Below are positions 8,147 through 16,407 of a DNA stretch of 53,791 nucleotides, one piece after another. Numbering within the stretch: position 1 is the stretch's first letter; every line of letters begins with the position of its first letter. A program made the translations under genes and the position numbers. The notes beneath the pieces were generated by a model that worked only from the letters and a program-made list of their open reading frames with translations, ran no database searches and was not told the origin of the DNA. The stretch spans positions 1-53,791 of the forward strand of contig JAMIFL010000159.1 in NCBI GenBank assembly GCA_035906295.1, in the 5' to 3' direction. The DNA comes from Alphaproteobacteria bacterium (GTDB lineage Bacteria; Pseudomonadota; Alphaproteobacteria; Micavibrionales; UBA1664).

Positions 8147-10105
8147 ATGACCGACACGCCCCTCTGGACCCCATCGCCCGCAACCGTAACCGGCAGCCGC
8201 CTCACGGCCTTCCGCGAACAGGCCGAAAAACGCAGTGGTAAATCCCTGCCTGATTACGCCGCTTTGTGGCACTGGTCCGTCACCGACATCGAAAACTTCT
8301 GGGACCTCGCATGGGACGCGCTCGGCGTCATCGGCGACAAGGGCCATACGCTGCTCGCCAACCCGAACGCCATGCCCGGCGCGAAGTTCTTCGCCGACGG
8401 CCAACTCAGCTTCGCCGAAAACTGCCTGCGCCGCCGTGATGATGATGACGCCATCGTCTTCTGGGCGGAAGACAAAATCAAACGCACGCTGTCATGGAAA
8501 CAACTTTACGACCGCGTCTCGCAACTCCGCCAATTGCTCATCAAGCTCGGCGTCAAAAAAGGCGATCGCGTCGCGGGCTACATCTCCCATATGCCCGAGG
8601 CCGTCATCGGCCTGCTCGCCGCCACGTCCCTTGGCGCCATCTGGACCAGCGCTTCGCCCGATTTCGGCGTGCAGGGCGTGGTCGACCGCTTCGGCCAGAT
8701 TCACCCCAAAGTCGTCATCGCCATGGACGGCTACTGGTACAACGGCAAAGTCATCGACTGCTTGGGCAAACTCAAAGAAATCCAGCCGCAGATCGAGGGC
8801 CTCGAACACACGCTCGTCATCCCGTTCTTAAGCAAAACGCCCGACCTCTCGGGCCTGTCCAACGCGCAGAATTTCGACGCGGCCTGCGACGCCTTCACCC
8901 CCGGCGACATCGCGTTCGAACGCTTCCCCTTCAACCACCCGCTGGTCATCATGTACTCATCCGGCACCACGGGGGCCCCAAAGTGCATCGTCCACGGCGC
9001 GGGCGGCACGCTCATCCAGCACATGAAGGAACACCAGCTCCAGTGCGACATCAAATCCGGCGACCGCGTCTTCTACTTCACCACCTGTGGCTGGATGATG
9101 TGGAACTGGCAGGTCTCGGCCCTCGCGTCCGGCGCCACGCTGCTGACCTATGACGGCTCGCCCTTCTACCCCTCCGGCAACGTCCTGTGGGACTACGCCG
9201 ACGTCGAACGCATGACCCTCTTCGGCACCGCCGCCAAATACATCGACGCCATCAAGAAAGCCAACCTGCGCCCCGCCGAAACACATAAGCTTCACGCACT
9301 CCGCACGCTCACCTCCACCGGCTCCCCGCTGGTGCATGAAAGCTTCGACTACATCTACGACGCCATAAAGGCCGACCTGCATTTGTCTTCCATCTCCGGC
9401 GGCACTGACATCATTTCCTGCTTCGTCATCGGCAACAACATCTCGCCCGTCTGGCGCGGTGAAATTCAGGGCGCGGGCCTAGGCTACGCCATGGACGTGT
9501 TCGACGACGAAGGCAAACCCATCGCCCCCGGCGCCGGGCAGGGCGAACTCGTCTGCACGCGGGCCTTCCCCAGCATGCCCATCGAATTCTGGAACGACGA
9601 AGGCGGGCAAAAATACCACGCCGCCTATTTCGACCGTTTCCCCGACATCTGGGTTCACGGTGACTGGGTCGAACGTACCCAACACGGCGGCTGGATCATC
9701 CACGGCCGTTCCGACGCGACGTTGAAACCCGGCGGCGTCCGCATCGGCACGGCTGAGATTTACCGTCAGGTCGAACAGGTGCCGGAAGTGCTGGAATCAT
9801 TGGCCATCGGCCAGATGTGGGAAGGCGACCAGCGCATCGTCCTCTTCGTCCGCCTGCGCGACGGCGTCGCACTCACCGACGATTTGCAACAGCAAATCCG
9901 CAACACCATTAAAAAGGGCGCGTCCCCGCGCCACGTCCCCGCAAAAATCATCGCCGTCACCGACATCCCGCGCACCAAGTCCGGCAAAATCACCGAACTC
10001 GCCGTGCGCGACATCGTGCATGGCCGCAAGGTCCGCAACGTCGAAGCCCTCGCCAACCCGCAGGCGCTCGACCTCTACAAAGACCTGGATGAACTTAAAG
10101 TATGA
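8147..10105 (+). CDS. aacS: acetoacetyl-CoA synthetase (acetoacetate-CoA ligase)
   Basis: 652-aa ORF. The N-terminus LWTPSP...LTAFREQAEKRSGKSLPDYAALWHWSV is characteristic of acetoacetyl-CoA synthetases. It has the AMP-binding motif YSSGTTGAPKCIVH and a C-terminal PRTKSGK. Confidence 0.92.
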   Translation: MTDTPLWTPSPATVTGSRLTAFREQAEKRSGKSLPDYAALWHWSVTDIENFWDLAWDALGVIGDKGHTLLANPNAMPGAKFFADGQLSFAENCLRRRDDDDAIVFWAEDKIKRTLSWKQLYDRVSQLRQLLIKLGVKKGDRVAGYISHMPEAVIGLLAATSLGAIWTSASPDFGVQGVVDRFGQIHPKVVIAMDGYWYNGKVIDCLGKLKEIQPQIEGLEHTLVIPFLSKTPDLSGLSNAQNFDAACDAFTPGDIAFERFPFNHPLVIMYSSGTTGAPKCIVHGAGGTLIQHMKEHQLQCDIKSGDRVFYFTTCGWMMWNWQVSALASGATLLTYDGSPFYPSGNVLWDYADVERMTLFGTAAKYIDAIKKANLRPAETHKLHALRTLTSTGSPLVHESFDYIYDAIKADLHLSSISGGTDIISCFVIGNNISPVWRGEIQGAGLGYAMDVFDDEGKPIAPGAGQGELVCTRAFPSMPIEFWNDEGGQKYHAAYFDRFPDIWVHGDWVERTQHGGWIIHGRSDATLKPGGVRIGTAEIYRQVEQVPEVLESLAIGQMWEGDQRIVLFVRLRDGVALTDDLQQQIRNTIKKGASPRHVPAKIIAVTDIPRTKSGKITELAVRDIVHGRKVRNVEALANPQALDLYKDLDELKV

Positions 10106-10877
10106 ACGCCGCCCGCGGCCCCGCGATGAACCCGGTATTTTCGAACTGCGCGTCCCGCTTGCCGTAAACGATGGGCCTGTGCGTATCGAGGTTCAGCACC
10201 GCCCCGCCCGCCTCGCGCAAAATAATGTCTCCCGCCGCCGTATCCCACTCGTAAGTCGGCCCCAGCCGTGGGTAAAGGTCCGCGGCCCCCTGCGCCAGCA
10301 AACAGAACTTGATGGACGACCCGCGTTCCTGCCGCGACGCCACGGTATGCGCGCCGATGAACGGCTCCATCACCTCCGGCTCGCTCGCCCGTTTCCGGCC
10401 CAGCACCGCATACCCGTCGCTCGGCACCGCCCGCATCATGATGCGCGTGGCTTCGCCCTCCGCAATGCGCCAAGCGCCTTCGCCTCTGGCCGCCCACCAC
10501 GTAAACCCGTGCGCCGGCGCGTGGATGATGCCCAGCACCGGCTGGTCGCCGTCGATGAGCGCGATGTTCACTGTAAAATCCCGCGACGCCTTGATGAACT
10601 CGCGCGTCCCGTCCAGCGCGTCCACAAGCCAGAACGCGCCGCCGGGCGCGATGCTGGGGGCCGGGCCTTCCTGCATCGCCTCTTCCGCCACCACGGGGTG
10701 GGGGCTGAGCGTGCGCAGCGCCTCCAGCACGATCGCCTCCGCCGCCCGGTCTGTGGCGGTCACCGGGCTGCCGTCGGGCTTGGCGATGATGACGGGCGGC
10801 GTGCCCCAGTCAGTCATAATGCGCGCGCCTGCTTCAACAGCGGCGGAAATCAGCGCTTCGCGCAATGTGTGGTCCAT
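10095..10877 (-). CDS. cysQ: 3'(2'),5'-bisphosphate nucleotidase CysQ / inositol monophosphatase family
   Basis: I use the internal start (MDHTLREAL, ATG at 10877) of ORF 10095..10997. Motifs: WLVDALDGTREF, and WDTAAGDIILREAGG near the C-terminus. The longer start would overlap the divergent SapC gene. Confidence 0.85.
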   Translation of the reverse strand: MDHTLREALISAAVEAGARIMTDWGTPPVIIAKPDGSPVTATDRAAEAIVLEALRTLSPHPVVAEEAMQEGPAPSIAPGGAFWLVDALDGTREFIKASRDFTVNIALIDGDQPVLGIIHAPAHGFTWWAARGEGAWRIAEGEATRIMMRAVPSDGYAVLGRKRASEPEVMEPFIGAHTVASRQERGSSIKFCLLAQGAADLYPRLGPTYEWDTAAGDIILREAGGAVLNLDTHRPIVYGKRDAQFENTGFIAGPRAAFIL

Positions 10878-10948
10878 CCGATAAAACCCTTTGCCAAGGC
10901 CCATTTTTGGCCTATTTTTGCCCCATCGACAAGCACAAGGGAAGCCCC

Positions 10949-11728
10949 ATGACCACCCGCAAGACCGCGCCCGCCGAAAAGAAACCCGCAACCGCAACCC
11001 CGCAAAGCGCGCTGCCGCTGTTCTACGACAAGCCGACGCTGCTGGAAGGCGGCAAGCACGGCGACCTCGGCGTCGCCAAGGACATGTCCTACACCTTCGC
11101 GGGCAAGGTCAACGCCCTGCCCATCAACCTGGTCGAATTCCCGCAGGCCGCGCATTACTACCCAATCGCCTTCGCGCGTGATGCGGCGGCCACCCCCGTC
11201 GCTATCGTCGGCGTGCGCGACAACGAAAACCTGTTCGTCGACGCCGACGGCAAGTGGAAAACCGAAACCTACGTCCCGGCCTATATCCGCCGCTACCCCT
11301 TCATCCTCTCGGAAAGCCCGGACGGCCAGCAGCTTTCCCTGTGCATCGAAGACGCCCCCGGCGTGCTCGACCCCAACAGTCCCGACAAACTGTTCGACGC
11401 CGAAAAGCAGCCGACCCAGCTTGCCAAGAACGCCATGGAATTCTGCCGCTCCTACCACGTCGCCGCAAAACAGACCGCCCTGTTCTCGCAGGCGCTGGCC
11501 GATGAAGGCCTGCTGGTCGAACGTTCGGCCGAACTCTCGCTGCGCAACGGCCAGCGCGTCAGCTTCTCCGGCTTCCGCATCCTGGATGAGGAAAAATTCA
11601 ACAAAATCCCCGAAAAACTCCTCGCCGACTGGCGCTCCAAGGGCTGGCTCGCAGGCGCCTACGCGCATCTGTTCTCCGGCCTGCACTGGGGCAGCATCAC
11701 CCGCCTGCTGAACGACCGCATCCAGTAA
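10949..11728 (+). CDS. SapC family protein
   Basis: The ATG at 10949 is preceded by AAGGGAAG. The 259-aa product has the SapC-family pattern (LPLFYDKPTLLEGGKHGDLGV...FPQAAHYYPIAF...YIRRYPF). Confidence 0.8.
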   Translation: MTTRKTAPAEKKPATATPQSALPLFYDKPTLLEGGKHGDLGVAKDMSYTFAGKVNALPINLVEFPQAAHYYPIAFARDAAATPVAIVGVRDNENLFVDADGKWKTETYVPAYIRRYPFILSESPDGQQLSLCIEDAPGVLDPNSPDKLFDAEKQPTQLAKNAMEFCRSYHVAAKQTALFSQALADEGLLVERSAELSLRNGQRVSFSGFRILDEEKFNKIPEKLLADWRSKGWLAGAYAHLFSGLHWGSITRLLNDRIQ

Positions 11729-11741
11729 GTTTGACAAGCCC

Positions 11742-11767
11742 CCGCCCGCATGGCTCTATGCGGGCGG
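11742..11767 (+). terminator. 10-bp perfect stem-loop between the SapC gene and tRNA-Arg (no U-tract)
   Basis: CCGCCCGCAT (11742-11751), loop GGCTCT, ATGCGGGCGG (11758-11767). There is no T-run, so this may be a processing or attenuation structure rather than an intrinsic terminator. A TTGACA hexamer lies at 11731-11736. Confidence 0.4.
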
Positions 11768-11773
11768 CCAATT

Positions 11774-11850
11774 GCACCCGTAGCTCAGCTGGATAGAGCG
11801 CCGGTTTCCGAAACCGTAGGTCGCAGGTTCGAGTCCTGCCGGGTGCGCCA
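11774..11850 (+). tRNA. tRNA-Arg (anticodon CCG)
   Basis: 77 nt. Acceptor GCACCCG/CGGGTGC, D arm GCTC-AGCTGGATA-GAGC, anticodon loop TTCCGAA (CCG), T arm GCAGG-TTCGAGT-CCTGC, encoded CCA. Confidence 0.95.
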
Positions 11851-11867
11851 TTCTCGCTCAGGGGATT

Positions 11868-12554
11868 ATGATGGTCGATTTCTTCACTCCCGAAGCCTCC
11901 CGCAATTATGACCGCAAGAACAGCGGCCTTGCGCCGATTACGGACAACCTGCATTTCCTCATCCGCCTCGTCCTGAAGGATTTGCCTGCGCAGGCGCGCG
12001 TGTTGTGCGTCGGCGTCGGCACCGGCGCGGAGATACTGTCGCTGGCGGCGCATTACCCGGGCTGGACGTTCGTGGGGGGCGACCCGTCCGCGGCCATGCT
12101 GGACGTGTGCCGCGAACGCCTTGCTGCGGCGGGCGTCGCCGAACGCTGCACGCTGGTGCATGGCTATGTGCATGACGTGCTTGCCGCGGCGGATTTCGAC
12201 GCCTGCCTGAACATTCTTGTCGCGCACTTCATCAACCGTGACGACCGCCTCGGTTTCTTCCGCAACATGACGGCGCACCTGAAACCCGGCGGCATGCTGG
12301 TCAACGCTGAAATCAGCTACGACCTGAGCGCGCCCGAATTCCCCGCGATGCTGGAAAACTGGAAACAGGTGCAGGCCCTGATGGGCGCGACGCCCGAAAG
12401 CCTCACGGCGCTGCCCGCGCTGCTGCGCGAGAAACTGACCGTGCTGCCGCAGGGCGAGACCGAAAACCTGATGCGCGCGGGCGGAATTCCGCTGCCCGTG
12501 CGCTTTTTCCAGGCATTCATGGTGACCGGCTGGTATGGCCGCAAGGCCCCATAG
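11868..12554 (+). CDS. class I SAM-dependent methyltransferase
   Basis: 228-aa ORF with SAM-binding motif I VLCVGVGTGAEIL and the downstream acidic and aromatic motifs of the Rossmann methyltransferase fold. Confidence 0.85.
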   Translation: MMVDFFTPEASRNYDRKNSGLAPITDNLHFLIRLVLKDLPAQARVLCVGVGTGAEILSLAAHYPGWTFVGGDPSAAMLDVCRERLAAAGVAERCTLVHGYVHDVLAAADFDACLNILVAHFINRDDRLGFFRNMTAHLKPGGMLVNAEISYDLSAPEFPAMLENWKQVQALMGATPESLTALPALLREKLTVLPQGETENLMRAGGIPLPVRFFQAFMVTGWYGRKAP

Positions 12555-12616
12555 TTTGACATATCCCAAAGCCCTGTCCTAAGAAGGAAGAAAGGGTCGA
12601 ACAGGGAAAAACAGAC

Positions 12617-13519
12617 ATGACCACCATGCAGAATACCGCTGTGCAGAACAACGCTGTCGCGGGCATCAACGACGTGCGCACGGGCGATATTATCGAATGC
12701 GACATGCCGTCGCTGTTCGACGGGCAGATCAAGATGATCAACCGCGTGTGCCTTGTCGTCGGCGTCGAGGCCGGGCGCAAGACCGAGGACATTCACGGGC
12801 TGGTGCTGGCGCGTTTCGCGTTTCCGCAAGACCGGCTGACGGAAGACCGCGGCCTCGTCATTCGCCGCAACCAGACGCGGGAATCCGTGATGCTGGGTTT
12901 GACGGCGGACGCGGTGTTGCGTAACAACCGCGTCGACCTCATTCCCGCCGATCCGTATTATCTTGGCACCCGCATCAGGCGCGTCGGTTATGTGCGCGAC
13001 CCGCAACTGATGACGGACTTCGCGGCGTCGCTGATGACCGGCCTGCGCAAGGGAACGCAGGGACCGCGCGGCCGCCTGTCCAACACCAATATCCGCCAGT
13101 CGGCGAAACTGAAGGGCGGCACGGTGTTTCCGGACTTCCCCCTGCGCGCCGTTCTGGAGATGGCAGGCACCAAGCCCCTGATGGTGGACGACGATTACGC
13201 CCGCGCGGAAGTGCAGCGTGAATTGCAGCGCCGCGCCGAATGCGCCTGCGCCTTCAGGGCCGCGGCGGAAGCGTTGCCGACATGCCAGCAGCAGCCCGCC
13301 GGTTCCCCTGCCGAAAAACTGCCGGACCGTTACGTGACCCGCGCCGAAATCCAGCACCAGAACCGCAGGATGGGGACCCGCCAGGTCGACCAGCTTGTCA
13401 CCCGCATCAACGCGGGCGTGCGCCAGCGCCAGATGGAAGGGCAGGGCGTCGCGGGTCAAGGCACGGCGAGACAAGCCATGTCAGGGCAAGTGATGGCCGC
13501 ACAACTTGTGGTGACTTGA
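12617..13519 (+). CDS. hypothetical protein (orphan)
   Basis: 300-aa ORF of diverse composition. The competing 385-aa minus-strand ORF is Arg/Ala/Gly-rich. TTGACA lies at 12556-12561 upstream. I recognise no family with confidence. Confidence 0.55.
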   Translation: MTTMQNTAVQNNAVAGINDVRTGDIIECDMPSLFDGQIKMINRVCLVVGVEAGRKTEDIHGLVLARFAFPQDRLTEDRGLVIRRNQTRESVMLGLTADAVLRNNRVDLIPADPYYLGTRIRRVGYVRDPQLMTDFAASLMTGLRKGTQGPRGRLSNTNIRQSAKLKGGTVFPDFPLRAVLEMAGTKPLMVDDDYARAEVQRELQRRAECACAFRAAAEALPTCQQQPAGSPAEKLPDRYVTRAEIQHQNRRMGTRQVDQLVTRINAGVRQRQMEGQGVAGQGTARQAMSGQVMAAQLVVT

Positions 13520-13551
13520 GGTTTCGCATTCCGCCGCTATGTTGCAGCGTT

Positions 13552-14592
13552 ATGCCTATACTCATCCTCACGATTCTTCTGGCCTGTGCCGCAGCCTACG
13601 CGCTGGGCGTGGGTAAAACCTACTACACCGGGCCCGCCAGCGACCATTTCGACGGCAGGCAGTTCTTCAACCCCGGCATCAACGTCGATAAAACGCGCGC
13701 CGATCTGATAAAATGGCGCAAGACCGCGCAGCGCGCCGTCTGGCCGCTGGACGTTCCGTACGAGCCGCAGGAAAAACCGCCCGCGCGGGTGGACGGCGCC
13801 GACATGCGCGTGACCTTCGTGGGCCACGCCACCTTCCTGATACAGGCCAACGGCCTGAATATTCTGACCGACCCGTTCCTGTCGGACCGGGCGAGCCCGT
13901 TGCCATTCATGGGGCCGAAACGCGTGCGCCCGCCCGCCGTGGCGTTCGACGACCTGCCGAAAATCGACATCGTGCTGGTGTCGCACAACCATTACGACCA
14001 CCTCGACCGCGCCGCGCTCAAACGCCTGCACAAGCGCGACAACCCGGTTATCGTGACGCCTTTGGGCAATGATAAAATCATCGACCTGCCCAACACCCGC
14101 ATGCTGGACTGGGGGCAGGCGACCGAACCCATGGGCGCGCATATCACGCTGGAGCAGGCCTATCACTGGTCGGCCCGCGGCCTGTGGGACAGGCGCAAGG
14201 CGCTGTGGGGCGCGTTCGTGGTGAAACTGCCGGCGGGCAGCGTTTACTTCGGCGGCGATACCGCCTTCATCGACGGAAAGATCTTCGGCGAGGCGCGCGA
14301 CAAACACGGGCCCTTCCGGCTGGCGCTGCTGCCGGTGGGTGCGTATGAGCCGCGCTGGTTCATGCAGACCGCGCATATGAACCCGGAAGACGCCGTGAAG
14401 GCATGGACCCTGCTGGGCAAGCCGTTCACCCTTGGCATGCATTTCGGCACCGTGCAGTTGACCGACGAACCCATCGACGCGCCGGGCCATGCACTGGCGG
14501 AGGCGCTGAAAATGGAAGGCGCGCCGGAAGCGGGGTTCCGCATGCCGGAATTCGGGAAGGGTCTGAACGTAAAAGGCCTGAACGTAAATTAA
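13552..14592 (+). CDS. MBL-fold metallo-hydrolase (NAPE-PLD-like)
   Basis: I use the internal start (MPILILTILLACAAAYA, ATG at 13552) of ORF 13240..14592. Motifs: VTFVGHATFLIQ, and HxHxDH as VSHNHYDHLD. Confidence 0.85.
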   Translation: MPILILTILLACAAAYALGVGKTYYTGPASDHFDGRQFFNPGINVDKTRADLIKWRKTAQRAVWPLDVPYEPQEKPPARVDGADMRVTFVGHATFLIQANGLNILTDPFLSDRASPLPFMGPKRVRPPAVAFDDLPKIDIVLVSHNHYDHLDRAALKRLHKRDNPVIVTPLGNDKIIDLPNTRMLDWGQATEPMGAHITLEQAYHWSARGLWDRRKALWGAFVVKLPAGSVYFGGDTAFIDGKIFGEARDKHGPFRLALLPVGAYEPRWFMQTAHMNPEDAVKAWTLLGKPFTLGMHFGTVQLTDEPIDAPGHALAEALKMEGAPEAGFRMPEFGKGLNVKGLNVN

Positions 14593-15299
14593 GAAGCGGC
14601 CTTGGTCCCGGCCTTGTGGACGAGGCTGAGATGCGTGAACACCTTGTCGCCGAACCCCGCGGGACCGGCGGCGGGCAGGTGTTTTTCCATGATGGCGAAG
14701 GGCAGGGTGATGGAGCCGGGGTACACGTCGGCGGCGACACCGGCGCGGAACATCAGCGTGAACACGGCCATTTCCTCAAGCAGGTAGGCGCGGGAGTGAC
14801 GCTGGAAATTCGGCAGTTTGAAATCTTCCGTGAAGCCAAGGCGCTTGCAGCGCCGCTCCCAGAAATCGGCGACGCAGGCGTTGATGGCGGTATGCATGTC
14901 CGGCTGCGTGTCGTACAGCGCGCAGATGTCACGGTGCAGCGGCGCATAGTCTGCTGAACTGCGCCATTCTTCCCAGCGCGAGATGCGGTAATGCGGCAAC
15001 GTATCCAGAATGGCCTTGTGCCGGGCGATCCACTGGTCGCCATGGCCGTGCGTGAGGCTTGTGGCCATCGCATCGGGCAGGCCTTTTTCGAAGCACAGGT
15101 TGTGCCGTTGCAGCGTATCGTTGACGCAGATGGTGACGTGTTCGAACCGCGCCGCCATCCAGGCGACCATGGCCGCGAGCTTGGCCCCCTCGTGGTTGGC
15201 GCCGCCGACCGACACCTGCAGGCGTGCGTGGCTGTACTGGCTGAACCCGGCCGCTTTTTTAACGCTGACGACGTAAGGCGTTTCAGTTGAATCGGACAT
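14589..15299 (-). CDS. tRNA-dependent cyclodipeptide synthase (CDPS)-like protein
   Basis: I use the internal start (MSDSTETPYV, ATG at 15299) of ORF 14589..15407. The product is 236 aa. HARLQVSVGGANHEGAKLAAMVAWMAARFEHVTICVNDT aligns by eye with AlbC EHALIGISAGNSYFS...LLQWAGQRFERTDVVYVDT. Ser30, Tyr172-x3-Glu176 (YLLEE) and Tyr193-Pro194 reproduce the AlbC S37, Y178/E182 and Y202 spacing (142, 4 and 17 residues here; 141, 4 and 20 in AlbC). They also match the XYP-subfamily signature. Confidence 0.55.
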   Translation of the reverse strand: MSDSTETPYVVSVKKAAGFSQYSHARLQVSVGGANHEGAKLAAMVAWMAARFEHVTICVNDTLQRHNLCFEKGLPDAMATSLTHGHGDQWIARHKAILDTLPHYRISRWEEWRSSADYAPLHRDICALYDTQPDMHTAINACVADFWERRCKRLGFTEDFKLPNFQRHSRAYLLEEMAVFTLMFRAGVAADVYPGSITLPFAIMEKHLPAAGPAGFGDKVFTHLSLVHKAGTKAAS

Positions 15300-15933
15300 C
15301 GGACGTGCTTTTTGTCGGCTGCTGGAGCACGCTCCACAGCATGTTGAACGTATTGCGCTGGATATTGGCGTTGACCGGGTCGACCTTGACCGCGAACTGG
15401 AAGGCATTGCCCGCCTCCGTCACCACGTGGTCGCCGTATATGAGGGTGACGCGGTTGATGAAGAACGCCTTGGGGACGTAGCGGTATTCGTCAAGCGGCG
15501 CCATAAGGTGCGTGTTGCCTTCCTGCACGAGCTGGCGCATGCCGATTCCGGCGGCGCGCAGGCGCATATAGGCGGCGTTCACCGCTTCCGGCGAAACGGA
15601 ATCGTCGGAATACATGATGAGCAGTTCGGGGTGCTTGCGCCCCGCGAGGTGGCGTTCGACGTCGTCCAGCACCTGCAGGTAGGCCTCTTCCTGCGTGTCG
15701 CCTTCAAGGAAGTAAAGCGGGTTCGGTTCGTATTCGATGCCGCGTTCCGTGAACAGGACCCCGCGTTTTTCGAACGCCTTGACGATTTTTTTCTGGGTCC
15801 GGGCGGTGGGATGGCTTTCCCCGCGTTCAACCTTCTGCATACCCTGAAGCGACAAATCGGCCTGTTCCGCCAATTGGTCTTGCGTCAAGTTGAGAAAAGC
15901 CCGTGCGGCCCGTATCTGTCCTGAAAAATCCAT
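15283..15933 (-). CDS. XRE-family helix-turn-helix transcriptional regulator with a ~150-aa C-terminal domain
   Basis: 216-aa ORF. The N-terminal HTH_3 pattern is IRAARAFLNLTQDQLAEQADLSLQGMQKVERGESHPTARTQKKI. Its last 17 nt overlap the start of the CDPS-like gene. Confidence 0.85.
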   Translation of the reverse strand: MDFSGQIRAARAFLNLTQDQLAEQADLSLQGMQKVERGESHPTARTQKKIVKAFEKRGVLFTERGIEYEPNPLYFLEGDTQEEAYLQVLDDVERHLAGRKHPELLIMYSDDSVSPEAVNAAYMRLRAAGIGMRQLVQEGNTHLMAPLDEYRYVPKAFFINRVTLIYGDHVVTEAGNAFQFAVKVDPVNANIQRNTFNMLWSVLQQPTKSTSDVRFN

Positions 15934-15935
15934 TA

Positions 15936-15958
15936 AGAGTAGTTATAGTGACTACTCT
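15936..15958. promoter_or_regulatory. perfect 8-bp inverted repeat (candidate operator) in the divergent AT-rich intergenic region
   Basis: AGAGTAGT (15936-15943), a 7-nt spacer, ACTACTCT (15951-15958). It starts 3 nt upstream of the XRE gene ATG (15933). The intergenic region 15934-16042 is visibly AT-rich. Confidence 0.45.
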
Positions 15959-16042
15959 AATAACCGCAACAATTATTTTTAATGCTTTTTTAACCAAAAT
16001 CCCCTATAAAGTCTGCGAAGGTTAGAGAACAGGGATGTGAGA

Positions 16043-16402
16043 ATGTACGTAAAGATCGAAACCGGCCCGCAAGCCGCCACCGCCATTCGCCAGGTATTCG
16101 TCGCCAACCAGAACGTCGCCCTGGTCGTTCCGGCAACGGAAGCGCCGCAATGGTATGATGTGAAATTCCTGGCCGAACGCATGGTCGACCTGCGCGGCAT
16201 GGTGCGCAACGCCATCGCCAACCGCCGCCGCGCCGAACAGCTCAAGCAACGTTACGCCGGTCATTCCGCGCGCCATATCGTGACCGCCGAAATTCACGGC
16301 CACTCCATGGACATCGCGCTGGCCTGGCACGATTACCGTCAGGCCACCGCCGCCTACCACGCCTCATGGGCGGTTTATCAGAACAACCTGCGCCGCTATT
16401 AA
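16043..16402 (+). CDS. hypothetical protein
   Basis: ORF 16037..16402 opens with GTG. I prefer the ATG at 16043, with GGGA 7 nt upstream. 119 aa, His/Ala/Arg-rich C-terminal half. I recognise no family. Confidence 0.5.
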   Translation: MYVKIETGPQAATAIRQVFVANQNVALVVPATEAPQWYDVKFLAERMVDLRGMVRNAIANRRRAEQLKQRYAGHSARHIVTAEIHGHSMDIALAWHDYRQATAAYHASWAVYQNNLRRY

Positions 16403-16407
16403 GCGTT

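Noticed and set aside
10878-10997. Long N-terminal extensions of the cysQ and SapC ORFs (10878..10997 on minus, 10865..10948 on plus)
   Set aside because: The two divergent ORFs would overlap head to head. Family similarity starts at the internal ATGs. The extensions are Arg/Cys/Trp-rich.
12317-13474. 385-aa minus-strand ORF opposite the 12617-13519 gene
   Set aside because: It has extreme Arg/Ala/Gly content and no motif. It also overlaps the 3' end of the methyltransferase gene on the opposite strand. The plus-strand ORF has a normal composition.
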